DNA of 64,000 nt from Eledone cirrhosa (taxonomy: Eukaryota), in assembly GCA_964016885.1 (NCBI GenBank), contig OZ024758.1:27838001-27902000 (forward strand), read 5' to 3'. The translations under genes were made by a program, and so were the position numbers. Shown one piece after another: positions 41,867 to 53,172 of the stretch. The stretch's first letter is position 1. Each line of letters begins with the position of its first letter. The notes beneath the pieces are model-generated. The model was not told the DNA's origin. It was given only the letters and a program-made list of their open reading frames with translations, and did not search any database.

Positions 41867-42297
41867 TTCGTTTTTGAATTTGTTTTGCAAGATCCCTTAT
41901 CTGAAAACGTGTGTTGAAACAGATATTGTTATACTTTGGGAGGGTCATGCCGCTATAAAAACACACGCACCAGTTGGTTTTCACTTTAATTTATTATAAA
42001 TTTCTGGTTGGTTCGATAACTGGAAGGTTGTTTATATATTGTCAAAGCTCTTTCGTCACACATTGTGACTTCCTCAGTGACTAGGTTTTTATTTTGTCCT
42101 ACACCAAGATGGAGTAGGACAGAACAAAGGAGAGACACAAAATAAAAACCTAGTCACTGAGGAGGTCACAGAATGTGTGACGAAAGAACTTTGACAATAT
42201 ATAAACAACCATCTGGTTATCAAACCAACCAACCAACCAGAAGTGAAAACCAATAGGTGCATGAGTTTTTATTGGCAGTATGACCCTCCCAAAGTAT

Positions 42298-42371
<74 letters not shown>

Positions 42372-44993
42372 GGGTTCTGATTTAGGCACAAGGCCAACAA
42401 TTTTTGGCTGAAGAGAAAGTTGATTAAATCAACCCCAGTGAAAGACAAGCTTTGCCCTATATATATGATAATGGAATAGAATGTCCCACACTCAAGCTTA
42501 AACTATTTCAAGGGCAAAATGGGGAATTAATCAAATGATTTATGTTAAATTCAGTTATTTTTATGGAAGCAGGGGTTGAGTGTAAGAAAGGATCTTTTTT
42601 AGCTAAAGTCTAAAGTCGGTCTTGAGACTGGATGCTCACCGGGCTGGTGTTTATCCTGGTTTCTGAGGCGTTCATTGAATGAAAGTACAAGACTCCCTGT
42701 TTCAAGTGATTTGGAATCAAATGGTTATTTGTATTAGAACTTTTATGATTTTCACTACAAAAAAAATTATTGTTTGTCATTAACTTTTAAAGTATTCAAA
42801 CATACCAAGTTGTTTGCATAATCCCTGCTTTTGTGAAACAATTTGTAGCAGAAGCTGTTCACGCTGTTGGGCTCCTTCATACTGCAGACCTTTCTTAAAA
42901 ACTTTCACAGCAGCCTAAACAACATTAAAACAAAAAAAAGAGACTTGAAATAATGGTCAAAATACCAAACAGAATCACAGACAGACACAGACACAAACAA
43001 ACAAACAAAATACACACACACAAAATCAAACAAATGTTGAAATCATACTTTCAAACAAATTTTCAACACATACACTGTAACATATGATTGGCATTAGGAA
43101 GGGTATCCAACCATAGAAACCAGATAAAAAAAACAGATCCGTATGAGTAATATAGGATAGAAAAGACTCTTTGGCCTGGCTGTGCATAAACAACCTCTCT
43201 AGTACTGGAGTCATGAAAAAACATACTCTGCACATCCTGCAAGGTAGCTGGTGTTAAGAAGAGCATCAAGCCATAGAAACCATGACAAATATGGAACTTA
43301 ACAAGCAAAATTCTCAGACCATTATAACCCATCTAAACCATGTCAGCGTGAACAGGAGACATAAAGTGATGATGATGGTGATGAATCATTAAATATCTGT
43401 TCTCCCTGCTATCAAGGATTGGACAGGTCTTTACATACAGAGTCTGTATTTAAGGGGTTATGACTTCCCAGAGAGGCTAGGGTATCTGCATCTTGCTTAC
43501 ATAGTCTCACACTCTGCCAAGTGCATTTTATTGTGACACCACCACTAGAATTATTTACCAAACTGAAGAAGAATGCTCTTCTGGCTATCAAATAGGAGGT
43601 AAAATCCTATCAAATTTTAACTATACAGACGATCTGGCCATCATGAGTTACTCTAGAACTGATCTGCAAGACTTTCTAAATGTACTGGCCAAACATTCGC
43701 TGGAGGCTGGCTTACAGATCAACATCAAAACAAAGTGTATGACAACTGATAAAAACAATGCCAATCTCCAACTCAATCTACAACCAACAAATTGCTCAAG
43801 TTATGGAGTTTGTATATCTTGGTCACAAACTATCATCAAACAACAATAGAATGGTTGCTGTATCGATTCGCTCTAGGTTGGGCAGCTTTCAACGAGAACA
43901 AGGAAGTACTAACATGAAAGCGAGTTTCCTACCATTTGAAGGATAAGATCTTCGATATTTACATCCTACCAGTTGTGTTATACGGTCTTGACTGTGTTAA
44001 TTGGACGACAAGGTCACTTCAGAAGCTCTCTATATTCCAGAACCACATCATGAGACTCATGACTGGCAAGCGGCTCAGCGACCGTATCTGTATCAGTGAA
44101 CTGCTCAACATTACCAAAATTAGACCAATTACATCAACTGTCAAGTCAAGAGTACTCAAACTATACGGCCATATAAAAAGATCAACTCGTGGTATGAGTA
44201 GGTTATGCCTGGAAGGAAGGTTGGCTGGTAAGAGAAGCAGAGGCCGGCAGCCAAAACAATGGCTCGACAATGTCAAGTCATGGACTGGAATTTATCTTTG
44301 TTCTGCTGGTGATCAAACTTTGTGGAGAAAAATATCTTGTGTTGATGCGGAGTCTGCAAATGGTGGAGTTTAGCATCACAAGAAGACCACTAGAATATAA
44401 ACCATTACCATATATACTCAAATATAAGCCAACCTTGCTATTTCATATCTGAGAAATGGCCAAAAATTCAAATTTTATTTACATAGAATTTGAAGTTGGT
44501 GAAAATCATCAAAATATTGGTTTCTAATTTAGTCTCAAGGCCAACAATTTTGGGGGATGGGAAAAATCGATTAAATCAACCCCAGTGCATTACTGGTACT
44601 TTATTTTATCGACCCCGTAAGGATGAAAGGTAAAGATAAACTCGGCAGGATTTGAACTCAGATTGTAAAGGGCCGTAACTATGTCATAAAGCATGTTGTC
44701 TGACCCTGAATATAAGCTGACTCCCTTCTACCATTGATTTGGTCACTTATTCTTTGGCTTATATTTGGGTATATATGGTAATTTAAAATTATTTTTAAAA
44801 ATCTGAAATTATAATTAAAAGCTCATGAAAAGGTAATATGATTTTGCAATTTAGAATGAGGTACCTGGCAATCTCCATCTAGAAGAATAGCTTTATAAAC
44901 ACTACAGCATTTTCCTTTCCCCAGCTGTTGTAGCAATTTCCATCTCTGACCTTTAGATCCATTGATAATATCACCTGTATCAATATAAGACAT
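24980..44993 (-). CDS. UHMK1: UHMK1/KIS-like serine/threonine kinase with C-terminal UHM (RRM-like) domain; 10 coding exons, 1230 nt, 409 aa
   Basis: Manual splicing, all GT-AG with phases consistent: 44993-44865, 42914-42806, 40944-40797, 38353-38224, 37516-37331, 35859-35723, 33265-33189, 30526-30437, 27354-27266, 25114-24980. Kinase motifs: [36 protein letters not shown]. The C-terminal part (HPFFSVPFEP..DMLLLPTIVIRILN..KFGKLIKCVLP..GKGIIFMKF) parallels human UHMK1 as I recall it (PFFSIPFAP..DLVMLPTPVLRLLN..KYGPVVSLLVP..GRGQVFVEY). Confidence 0.92.
26035..26292 (+). mobile_element. CR1-like LINE 3' end fragment
   Basis: Matches the reverse complement of 39230-39480 (AGTGCACCTGAGCACT hairpin, (ATT)n tail). 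Others at 10976-11065 (minus) and 36255-36470 (plus). Confidence 0.8.
26405..26740 (+). mobile_element. SINE S1, full length
   Basis: Near-identical to 4782-5121. Confidence 0.88.
27266..27354 (-). CDS. UHMK1: UHMK1-like exon: AVKEELISRYCKFGKLIKCVLPTEGRGKGI
   Basis: Junctions tttcctag| and |gtaagt; 89 nt, phase 1 to 0. Confidence 0.9.
27525..27940 (+). mobile_element. RTE-clade LINE C-terminal fragment
   Basis: ORF 27540-27902 (RFFRRVFGVMLLDKVRSSEIRESL..IERSQLRYY..RKPRCKPRARWLD) is typical RTE post-RT sequence, followed by a (GAA)n tail. Confidence 0.8.
28522..29070. mobile_element. hAT-type MITE with 8-bp TSD, inserted in a SINE head and itself carrying an S2 SINE
   Basis: TIRs CATCGTTTCTCAACC / GGTTGAGAAACGCTG; TSD CTCTAACC at 28514-28521 and 29071-29078. 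Confidence 0.85.
28762..28954 (-). mobile_element. SINE S2 nested in the hAT MITE
   Basis: Full-length reverse copy; AGAGATAGATATTAATAAT is repeated on both sides. Confidence 0.88.
29319..29509 (+). mobile_element. SINE S2 with 22-bp TSD
   Basis: ATTATATATTTATAAGGTTCCT on both flanks. Confidence 0.9.
30437..30526 (-). CDS. UHMK1: UHMK1-like exon: EPSFCDMLLLPTIVIRILNSLDENETESHE
   Basis: Junctions ttcttcag| and G|gtaaaa; 90 nt, phase 1 to 1; start of the UHM domain. Confidence 0.9.
30793..31262 (-). mobile_element. 5'-truncated RTE LINE copy
   Basis: Homologous to 31375-31845. Confidence 0.85.
31375..32040 (-). mobile_element. 5'-truncated RTE LINE: ORF C-terminus, 3' UTR and (GAT)n tail
   Basis: ORF 32037-31753 (ELREKLEIRGIRCCLLERRLRWYGHVMRM..GRPRKTW) runs into a UTR with 48-bp-type units, AGGAAGGGCATCCAGCTGTAG and (GAT)n. 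Confidence 0.88.
32226..32612 (+). mobile_element. SINE S1, full length
   Basis: Same structure as 23446-23831. Confidence 0.88.
32946..33147. mobile_element. Tc1/mariner-like MITE
   Basis: TACGAGAGTAGGCTGAAAAGTTCATAGG / CCTATGAACCTTTCAGCTGACCTTTGTA imperfect TIRs with TA ends. Confidence 0.7.
33189..33265 (-). CDS. UHMK1: UHMK1-like exon: SVIICKGCERLTSQTAQNHPFFSVPF
   Basis: Junctions catcaacag| and G|gtaaat; 77 nt, phase 2 to 1; kinase subdomain XI Arg and HPFF. Confidence 0.88.
34015..35683 (+). repeat. Dimeric minisatellite (about 96-bp A/B unit, about 15 dimers) within an RTE 3'-UTR fragment
   Basis: Alternating CCCAGTCCACACTGTAAAGTGG and CCCACTGCTCACTGTAAAGTAG subunits to about 35515, then AGGAAGGGCATCCAGCTG and (GAT)n. 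Confidence 0.92.
35723..35859 (-). CDS. UHMK1: UHMK1-like exon: MQKKNVENCEYGTLAQQMIDDKIAEEPLHTTEMGTACLAFRKLVS
   Basis: Acceptor ttatcag|, with a second in-frame cag 6 nt downstream; donor AG|gtattt; 137 nt, phase 0 to 2, bridging both neighbours in frame. Confidence 0.8.
36789..36905 (+). mobile_element. 5'-truncated SINE S2 with 15-bp TSD
   Basis: ATTATTTAAAAATAA on both flanks. Confidence 0.85.
37331..37516 (-). CDS. UHMK1: UHMK1-like exon: DVSHIQSPSYRAPEVVMYNKGKRNIKLTQAVDLWSLGCLLIWMFTGRRMFQNKPVGPCSNCS
   Basis: Junctions atttcag| and |gtaagt; 186 nt, phase 0 to 0; APE and DxWSxG motifs. Confidence 0.95.
37690..38170. mobile_element. Tail-to-tail pair of RTE 3'-UTR fragments
   Basis: A plus-strand copy ends in (GAT)n at about 37965; a minus-strand copy starts with TCATCACC at about 37975. 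Confidence 0.7.
38224..38353 (-). CDS. UHMK1: UHMK1-like exon: [44 protein letters not shown]
   Basis: Junctions gttgcag| and GAG|gtacgt; 130 nt, phase 2 to 0; catalytic loop and DFG. Confidence 0.95.
38374..38782 (-). mobile_element. 5'-truncated RTE LINE copy
   Basis: Homologous to 31375-31782. Confidence 0.88.
39221..40657 (-). mobile_element. CR1-group LINE, 5'-truncated, frameshifted reverse transcriptase
   Basis: PVSLTSCIAKLME, QFGF, VDVVYLDFAKAF, SGVPQGSVLGPLLF, YADD, ERDLGI, VQRRATKRIP; internal deletion near 40428; (ATT)n tail. Confidence 0.93.
40797..40944 (-). CDS. UHMK1: UHMK1-like exon: VEVIDSFQIDGQSILVEELLELNLYQIKCLTELKTFSFYMIQMFVKDVL
   Basis: Junctions ttttgcag| and |gtaagt; 148 nt, phase 1 to 2; hinge region and helix E. 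Confidence 0.9.
41270..41548. repeat. Fold-back inverted repeat, apparently perfect arms of about 97 bp, spacer about 85 bp
   Basis: 41270-41366 is the reverse complement of 41452-41548; adjacent to (TA)n. Confidence 0.9.
41922..42305. repeat. Fold-back inverted repeat (diverged arms of about 170 bp) between (TA)n tracts, each arm with a minimal hammerhead-like motif
   Basis: 41922-42097 pairs with 42136-42305; motif GTCA-CTGAGGA-stem-GAAA-..-TGAC. Confidence 0.8.
42806..42914 (-). CDS. UHMK1: UHMK1-like exon: AAVKVFKKGLQYEGAQQREQLLLQIVSQKQGLCKQL
   Basis: Junctions ttgtttag| and G|gtatgt; 109 nt, phase 0 to 1; contains the catalytic Lys and the helix-C Glu. Confidence 0.9.
43560..44375 (+). 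mobile_element. Degenerate RTE (BovB-like) RT fragment
   Basis: YTDDLA, GLQINIKTKCM, EFVYLG, ILPVVLYG, LEGRLAGKRSRGRQPKQWLD spread across frameshifts. Confidence 0.85.
44517..44706 (-). mobile_element. SINE S2 (long subtype)
   Basis: Reverse copy of the family; similar copies at 17302-17503 and 19535-19720. Confidence 0.8.
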
Positions 44994-45046
44994 CAGCCAC
45001 CAAAAGTTGCCTCGAGGTAAATGGAGCAGTTGATTGCTTTTTAAAT
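44865..45046 (-). CDS. UHMK1: UHMK1-like exon with first in-exon ATG (44993): [43 protein letters not shown]
   Basis: Acceptor tttcatttcag| at 45046; donor CAG|gtacct at 44865; encodes the Gly-rich loop. The 53 nt upstream of the ATG are also open in frame. Confidence 0.85.
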
Positions 45047-46425
45047 CTGAAATGAAATAAAAAATATATATTGGAATTTAAGAATTCTAAAATTAAACAC
45101 TTTAACACTTTAGTTGAGATAATTATGTGAGGTAAAGCCTTTACTATGAAAATATAATAGTTTATATAGAGTAATGTGAATGCTAAAGGGTTAACTGTGG
45201 TTGAGGACAGTTGCAGAGAGCTGGTAATAGCTTATCTAACTTTTTAAATATTTGGAGTGGAAATACTGGGTGTCAATTCTTACTATATATATCTCTCACT
45301 CTCTCTCTCTCTCTATATCTCTCACTTCCATTCTCTCACTCTCTCTATATCTCTCTCTATATCTCTCACTCTCTCTATATCTCTGGAAGAAATCTGCTAT
45401 ATTCAGACCTGGAGAAGATTGGGCTCCACCAGGTTTTAAAATTCTCTAGAAACGCTCTATGTCTATACATCACCCCTGCCACTTCCTCAGGAGTTACAGG
45501 ACTCTGCATGCAATAGGAATAACCTTAACCCTTAACGTCCTATACCACATTAGCCAGGCATCCTTGAAAAGTAGAAAATGTCACTATGATTGCTTCACAT
45601 TAAAAACTGAAGGTTTTACTTTAACCCTTTAGCATGTAAACCAGCCATATCTGACCAGAATTCTCTCACCCCTTTCTGTTCAAAATGGCTGTAACTGGCC
45701 ACTCATACTGATGTTAAGGTATTGTTCTCAAAATAAATAATACCAAAATCTCATAGGTTCCATATTATGTGAGATAATTATGTAAGATAAAGCTTTTACA
45801 GTGAAAATACAATAGTAAATGTAGAGTAATGCAAATGCTAAAGGGTTAATATTGAACTGTATAGATATTTAATCAGAGAAAGGTGTAGATAAATAGATAG
45901 GTAGATAGATCTTTGTTGCTTGATCCTTCTTTCTTTTTTATATTTTCATTTTTTTTCTTCCTTTCTTTTCTGTTCCCTTTATTAGTCTGTTTTCTTTTTA
46001 TTAAATACTTCTCGTTTAGGTATTGTTCTCAAAATGAATAATATCAAAATCTAATAGATTTGATATTATGTGAGGTAAAACCTTTACCGTGAAAATATAA
46101 TAGTAAATATAGAGTAATGTAAATGCTAAAGGGTTAAATTAATACTACAAATTTTCACAATCTATCAACACAACATACCCTTGTAAGTGGTGTGCTAGTC
46201 ATGGCCTAGTGGCTAGAGAGTTGGAATTTATAGTTTTTATATTGTGTGTTCAATTCTGGGATCAGGTAGCAGACTAGGTTCTTGAGCAAGACACTTCATT
46301 TCACATTGCTCCAGTCCACTCCCTTTCAAAATGAGTTCCAGCAGTAGATGAGGGCTAACCCTGCAATGGACTAGCATTCTGTTCAGAGAGGAGTTTTGTG
46401 TTCTCAGTCACTTAACCGTTTTAGC

Positions 46426-49400
46426 ATTCACATTACTCTATATATACTATTATATTTTCATGGTAAATGCTTTATCTCACATCATTTACATTGCTCTATA
46501 TATACTATTATATTTTCATGGTAAAGGCTTTACCTCACAACATTCACATTACTCTATATATACTATTATATTTTCATGGTAAATGCTTTATCTCACATAA
46601 TATCTCACATTCACATTACTCTATATATACTATTATATTTTCATGGTAAATGCTTTATCTCACATAATATCTCACATTCACATTGCTCTATATATACTAT
46701 TATATTTTCATGGTAAAGGCTTTACCTCACAACATTCACATTACTCTATATATACTATTATATTTTCATGGTAAATGCTTTATCTCACATCATTTACATT
46801 GCTCTATATATACTATTATATTTTCATGGTAAAGGCTTTACCTCACAACATTCACATTACTCTATATATACTATTATATTTTCATGGTAAATGCTTTATC
46901 TCACATAATATCTCACATTCACATTACTCTATATATACTATTATATTTTCATGGTAAATGCTTTATCTCACATAATATCTCACATTCACATTACTCTATA
47001 TATACTATTATATTTTCATGGTAAATGCTTTATCTCACATAATATCTCACATTCACATTACTCTATATATACTATTATATTTTCATGGTAAATGCTTTAT
47101 CTCACATAATATCTCACATTCACATTGCTCTATATATACTATTATATTTTCATGGTAAAGGCTTTACCTCACAACATTCACATTACTCTATATATACTAT
47201 TATATTTTCATGGTAAATGCTTTATCTCACATCATTTACATTGCTCTATATATACTATTATATTTTCATGGTAAAGGCTTTACCTCACAACATTCACATT
47301 ACTCTATATATACTATTATATTTTCATGGTAAATGCTTTATCTCACATAATATCTCACATTCACATTACTCTATATATACTATTATATTTTCATGGTAAA
47401 TGCTTTATCTCACATAATATCTCACATTCACATTGCTCTATATATACTATTATATTTTCATGGTAAAGGCTTTACCTCACAACATTCACATTACTCTATA
47501 TATACTATTATATTTTCATGGTAAATGCTTTATCTCACATCATTTACATTGCTCTATATATACTATTATATTTTCATGGTAAAGGCTTTACCTCACAACA
47601 TTCACATTACTCTATATATACTATTATATTTTCATGGTAAATGCTTTATCTCACATCATTTACATTGCTCTATATATACTATTATATTTTCATGGTAAAG
47701 GCTTTACCTCACAACATTCACATTACTCTATATATACTATTATATTTTCATGGTAAATGCTTTATCTCACATCATTTACATTGCTCTATATATACTATTA
47801 TATTTTCATGGTAAAGGCTTTACCTCACAACATTCACATTACTCTATATATACTATTATATTTTCATGGTAAATGCTTTATCTCACATCATTTACATTGC
47901 TCTATATATACTATTATATTTTCATGGTAAAGGCTTTACCTCACAACATTCACATTACTCTATATATACTATTATATTTTCATGGTAAATGCTTTATCTC
48001 ACATAATATCTCACATTCACATTACTCTATATATACTATTATATTTTCATGGTAAATGCTTTATCTCACATAATATCTCACATTCACATTGCTCTATATA
48101 TACTATTATATTTTCATGGTAAAGGCTTTACCTCACAACATTCACATTACTCTATATATACTATTATATTTTCATGGTAAATGCTTTATCTCACATAATA
48201 TCTCACATTCACATTACTCTATATATACTATTATATTTTCATGGTAAAGGCTTTACCTCACAACATTCACATTACTCTATATATACTATTATATTTTCAT
48301 GGTAAATGCTTTATCTCACATAATATCTCACATTCACATTACTCTATATATACTATTATATTTTCATGGTAAAGGCTTTACCTCACAACATTCACATTAC
48401 TCTATATATACTATTATATTTTCATGGTAAATGCTTTATCTCACATAATATCTCACATTCACATTACTCTATATATACTATTATATTTTCATGGTAAATG
48501 CTTTATCTCACATAATATCTCACATTCACATTGCTCTATATATACTATTATATTTTCATGGTAAAGGCTTTACCTCACAACATTCACATTACTCTATATA
48601 TACTATTATATTTTCATGGTAAATGCTTTATCTCACATAATATCTCACATTCACATTACTCTATATATACTATTATATTTTCATGGTAAAGGCTTTACCT
48701 CACAACATTCACATTACTCTATATATACTATTATATTTTCATGGTAAATGCTTTATCTCACATAATATCTCACATTCACATTACTCTATATATACTATTA
48801 TATTTTCATGGTAAAGGCTTTACCTCACAACATTCACATTACTCTATATATACTATTATATTTTCATGGTAAATGCTTTATCTCACATAATATCTCACAT
48901 TCACATTACTCTATATATACTATTATATTTTCATGGTAAATGCTTTATCTCACATAATATCTCACATTCACATTGCTCTATATATACTATTATATTTTCA
49001 TGGTAAAGGCTTTACCTCACAACATTCACATTACTCTATATATACTATTATATTTTCATGGTAAATGCTTTATCTCACATAATATCTCACATTCACATTG
49101 CTCTATATATACTATTATATTTTCATGGTAAAGGCTTTACCTCACAACATTCACATTACTCTATATATACTATTATATTTTCATGGTAAATGCTTTATCT
49201 CACATCATTTACATTGCTCTATATATACTATTATATTTTCATGGTAAAGGCTTTACCTCACAACATTCACATTACTCTATATATACTATTATATTTTCAT
49301 GGTAAATGCTTTATCTCACATCATTTACATTGCTCTATATATACTATTATATTTTCATGGTAAAGGCTTTACCTCACAACATTCACATTACTCTATATAT

Positions 49401-52400
49401 ACTATTATATTTTCATGGTAAATGCTTTATCTCACATCATTTACATTGCTCTATATATACTATTATATTTTCATGGTAAAGGCTTTACCTCACAACATTC
49501 ACATTACTCTATATATACTATTATATTTTCATGGTAAATGCTTTATCTCACATCATTTACATTGCTCTATATATACTATTATATTTTCATGGTAAAGGCT
49601 TTACCTCACAACATTCACATTACTCTATATATACTATTATATTTTCATGGTAAATGCTTTATCTCACATCATTTACATTGCTCTATATATACTATTATAT
49701 TTTCATGGTAAAGGCTTTACCTCACAACATTCACATTACTCTATATATACTATTATATTTTCATGGTAAATGCTTTATCTCACATAATATCTCACATTCA
49801 CATTACTCTATATATACTATTATATTTTCATGGTAAATGCTTTATCTCACATAATATCTCACATTCACATTGCTCTATATATACTATTATATTTTCATGG
49901 TAAATGCTTTATCTCACATAATATCTCACATTCACATTACTCAATATATACTATTATATTTTCATGGTAAATGCTTTATCTCACATAATATCTCACATTC
50001 ACATTACTCTATATATACTATTATATTTTCATGGTAAATGCTTTATCTCACATAATATCTCACATTCACATTACTCAATATATACTATTATATTTTCATG
50101 GTAAATGCTTTATCTCACATAATATCTCACATTCACATTACTCTATATATACTATTATATTTTCATGGTAAATGCTTTATCTCACATAATATCTCACATT
50201 CACATTACTCTATATATACTATTATATTTTCATGGTAAATGCTTTATCTCACATAATATCTCACATTCACATTACTCTATATATACTATTATATTTTCAT
50301 GGTAAATGCTTTATCTCACATAATATCTCACATTCACATTACTCTATATATACTATTATATTTTCATGGTAAATGCTTTATCTCACATAATATCTCACAT
50401 TCACATTACTCTATATATACTATTATATTTTCATGGTAAATGCTTTATCTCACATAATATCTCACATTCACATTACTCTATATATACTATTATATTTTCA
50501 TGGTAAATGCTTTATCTCACATAATATCTCACATTCACATTACTCTATATATACTATTATATTTTCATGGTAAATGCTTTATCTCACATAATATCTCACA
50601 TTCACATTACTCTATATATACTATTATATTTTCATGGTAAATGCTTTATCTCACATAATATCTCACATTCACATTACTCTATATATACTATTATATTTTC
50701 ATGGTAAATGCTTTATCTCACATAATATCTCACATTCACATTACTCTATATATACTATTATATTTTCATGGTAAATGCTTTATCTCACATAATATCTCAC
50801 ATTCACATTACTCTATATATACTATTATATTTTCATGGTAAATGCTTTATCTCACATAATATCTCACATTCACATTACTCTATATATACTATTATATTTT
50901 CATGGTAAATGCTTTATCTCACATAATATCTCACATTCACATTACTCTATATATACTATTATATTTTCATGGTAAATGCTTTATCTCACATAATATCTCA
51001 CATTCACATTACTCTATATATACTATTATATTTTCATGGTAAATGCTTTATCTCACATAATATCTCACATTCACATTACTCTATATATACTATTATATTT
51101 TCATGGTAAATGCTTTATCTCACATAATATCTCACATTCACATTACTCTATATATACTATTATATTTTCATGGTAAATGCTTTATCTCACATAATATCTC
51201 ACATTCACATTACTCTATATATACTATTATATTTTCATGGTAAATGCTTTATCTCACATAATATCTCACATTCACATTACTCTATATATACTATTATATT
51301 TTCATGGTAAATGCTTTATCTCACATAATATCTCACATTCACATTACTCTATATATACTATTATATTTTCATGGTAAATGCTTTATCTCACATAATATCT
51401 CACATTCACATTACTCTATATATACTATTATATTTTCATGGTAAATGCTTTATCTCACATAATATCTCACATTCACATTACTCTATATATACTATTATAT
51501 TTTCATGGTAAATGCTTTATCTCACATAATATCTCACATTCACATTACTCTATATATACTATTATATTTTCATGGTAAATGCTTTATCTCACATAATATC
51601 TCACATTCACATTACTCTATATATACTATTATATTTTCATGGTAAATGCTTTATCTCACATAATATCTCACATTCACATTACTCTATATATACTATTATA
51701 TTTTCATGGTAAATGCTTTATCTCACATAATATCTCACATTCACATTACTCTATATATACTATTATATTTTCATGGTAAATGCTTTATCTCACATAATAT
51801 CTCACATTCACATTACTCTATATATACTATTATATTTTCATGGTAAATGCTTTATCTCACATAATATCTCACATTCACATTACTCTATATATACTATTAT
51901 ATTTTCATGGTAAATGCTTTATCTCACATAATATCTCACATTCACATTACTCTATATATACTATTATATTTTCATGGTAAATGCTTTATCTCACATAATA
52001 TCTCACATTCACATTACTCTATATATACTATTATATTTTCATGGTAAATGCTTTATCTCACATAATATCTCACATTCACATTACTCTATATATACTATTA
52101 TATTTTCATGGTAAATGCTTTATCTCACATAATATCTCACATTCACATTACTCTATATATACTATTATATTTTCATGGTAAATGCTTTATCTCACATAAT
52201 ATCTCACATTCACATTGCTCTATATATACTATTATATTTTCATGGTAAATGCTTTATCTCACATAATATCTCACATTCACATTACTCAATATATACTATT
52301 ATATTTTCATGGTAAATGCTTTATCTCACATAATATCTCACATTCACATTACTCTATATATACTATTATATTTTCATGGTAAATGCTTTATCTCACATAA

Positions 52401-52985
52401 TATCTCACATTCACATTACTCTATATATACTATTATATTTTCATGGTAAATGCTTTATCTCACATAATATCTCACATTCACATTGCTCTATATATACTAT
52501 TATATTTTCATGGTAAATGCTTTATCTCACATAATATCTCACATTCACATTACTCAATATATACTATTATATTTTCATGGTAAATGCTTTATCTCACATA
52601 ATATCTCACATTCACATTACTCTATATATACTATTATATTTTCATGGTAAATGCTTTATCTCACATAATATCTCACATTCACATTACTCAATATATACTA
52701 TTATATTTTCATGGTAAATGCTTTATCTCACATAATATCTCACATTCACATTACTCTATATATACTATTATATTTTCATGGTAAATGCTTTATCTCACAT
52801 AATATCTCACATTCACATTACTCTATATATACTATTATATTTTCATGGTAAATGCTTTATCTCACATAATATCTCACATTCACATTACTCTATATATACT
52901 ATTATATTTTCATGGTAAATGCTTTATCTCACATAATATCTCACATTCACATTACTCTATATATACTATTATATTTTCATGGTAA
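46426..52985. repeat. Satellite of 58- and 67-bp units (about 100 units)
   Basis: 67-mer ATTCACATTACTCTATATATACTATTATATTTTCATGGTAAATGCTTTATCTCACATAATATCTCAC. Mixed 58/67-bp units to about 49790, near-homogeneous 67-mers after that. Confidence 0.97.
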
Positions 52986-53172
52986 GGGCGGTGGATTGGC
53001 AGTATCGGTAAGGGTCGGACGCCATGCTTTGAAGCATAGAGTTACCTCCCTTTATGATCTAAGTTCAAATCTCGCCGAGGTTAACTTTGCCTTTCATCCT
53101 TACGGCATCGATAAAATAAAGTGCCAGTAGTACACTGGAATAATTGCTGGCCTTGAGCCAAAAGTAGAAACA
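52986..53172 (+). mobile_element. SINE S2 inserted at the end of the satellite
   Basis: Flanked by ATTATATTTTCATGGTAA. Confidence 0.9.
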
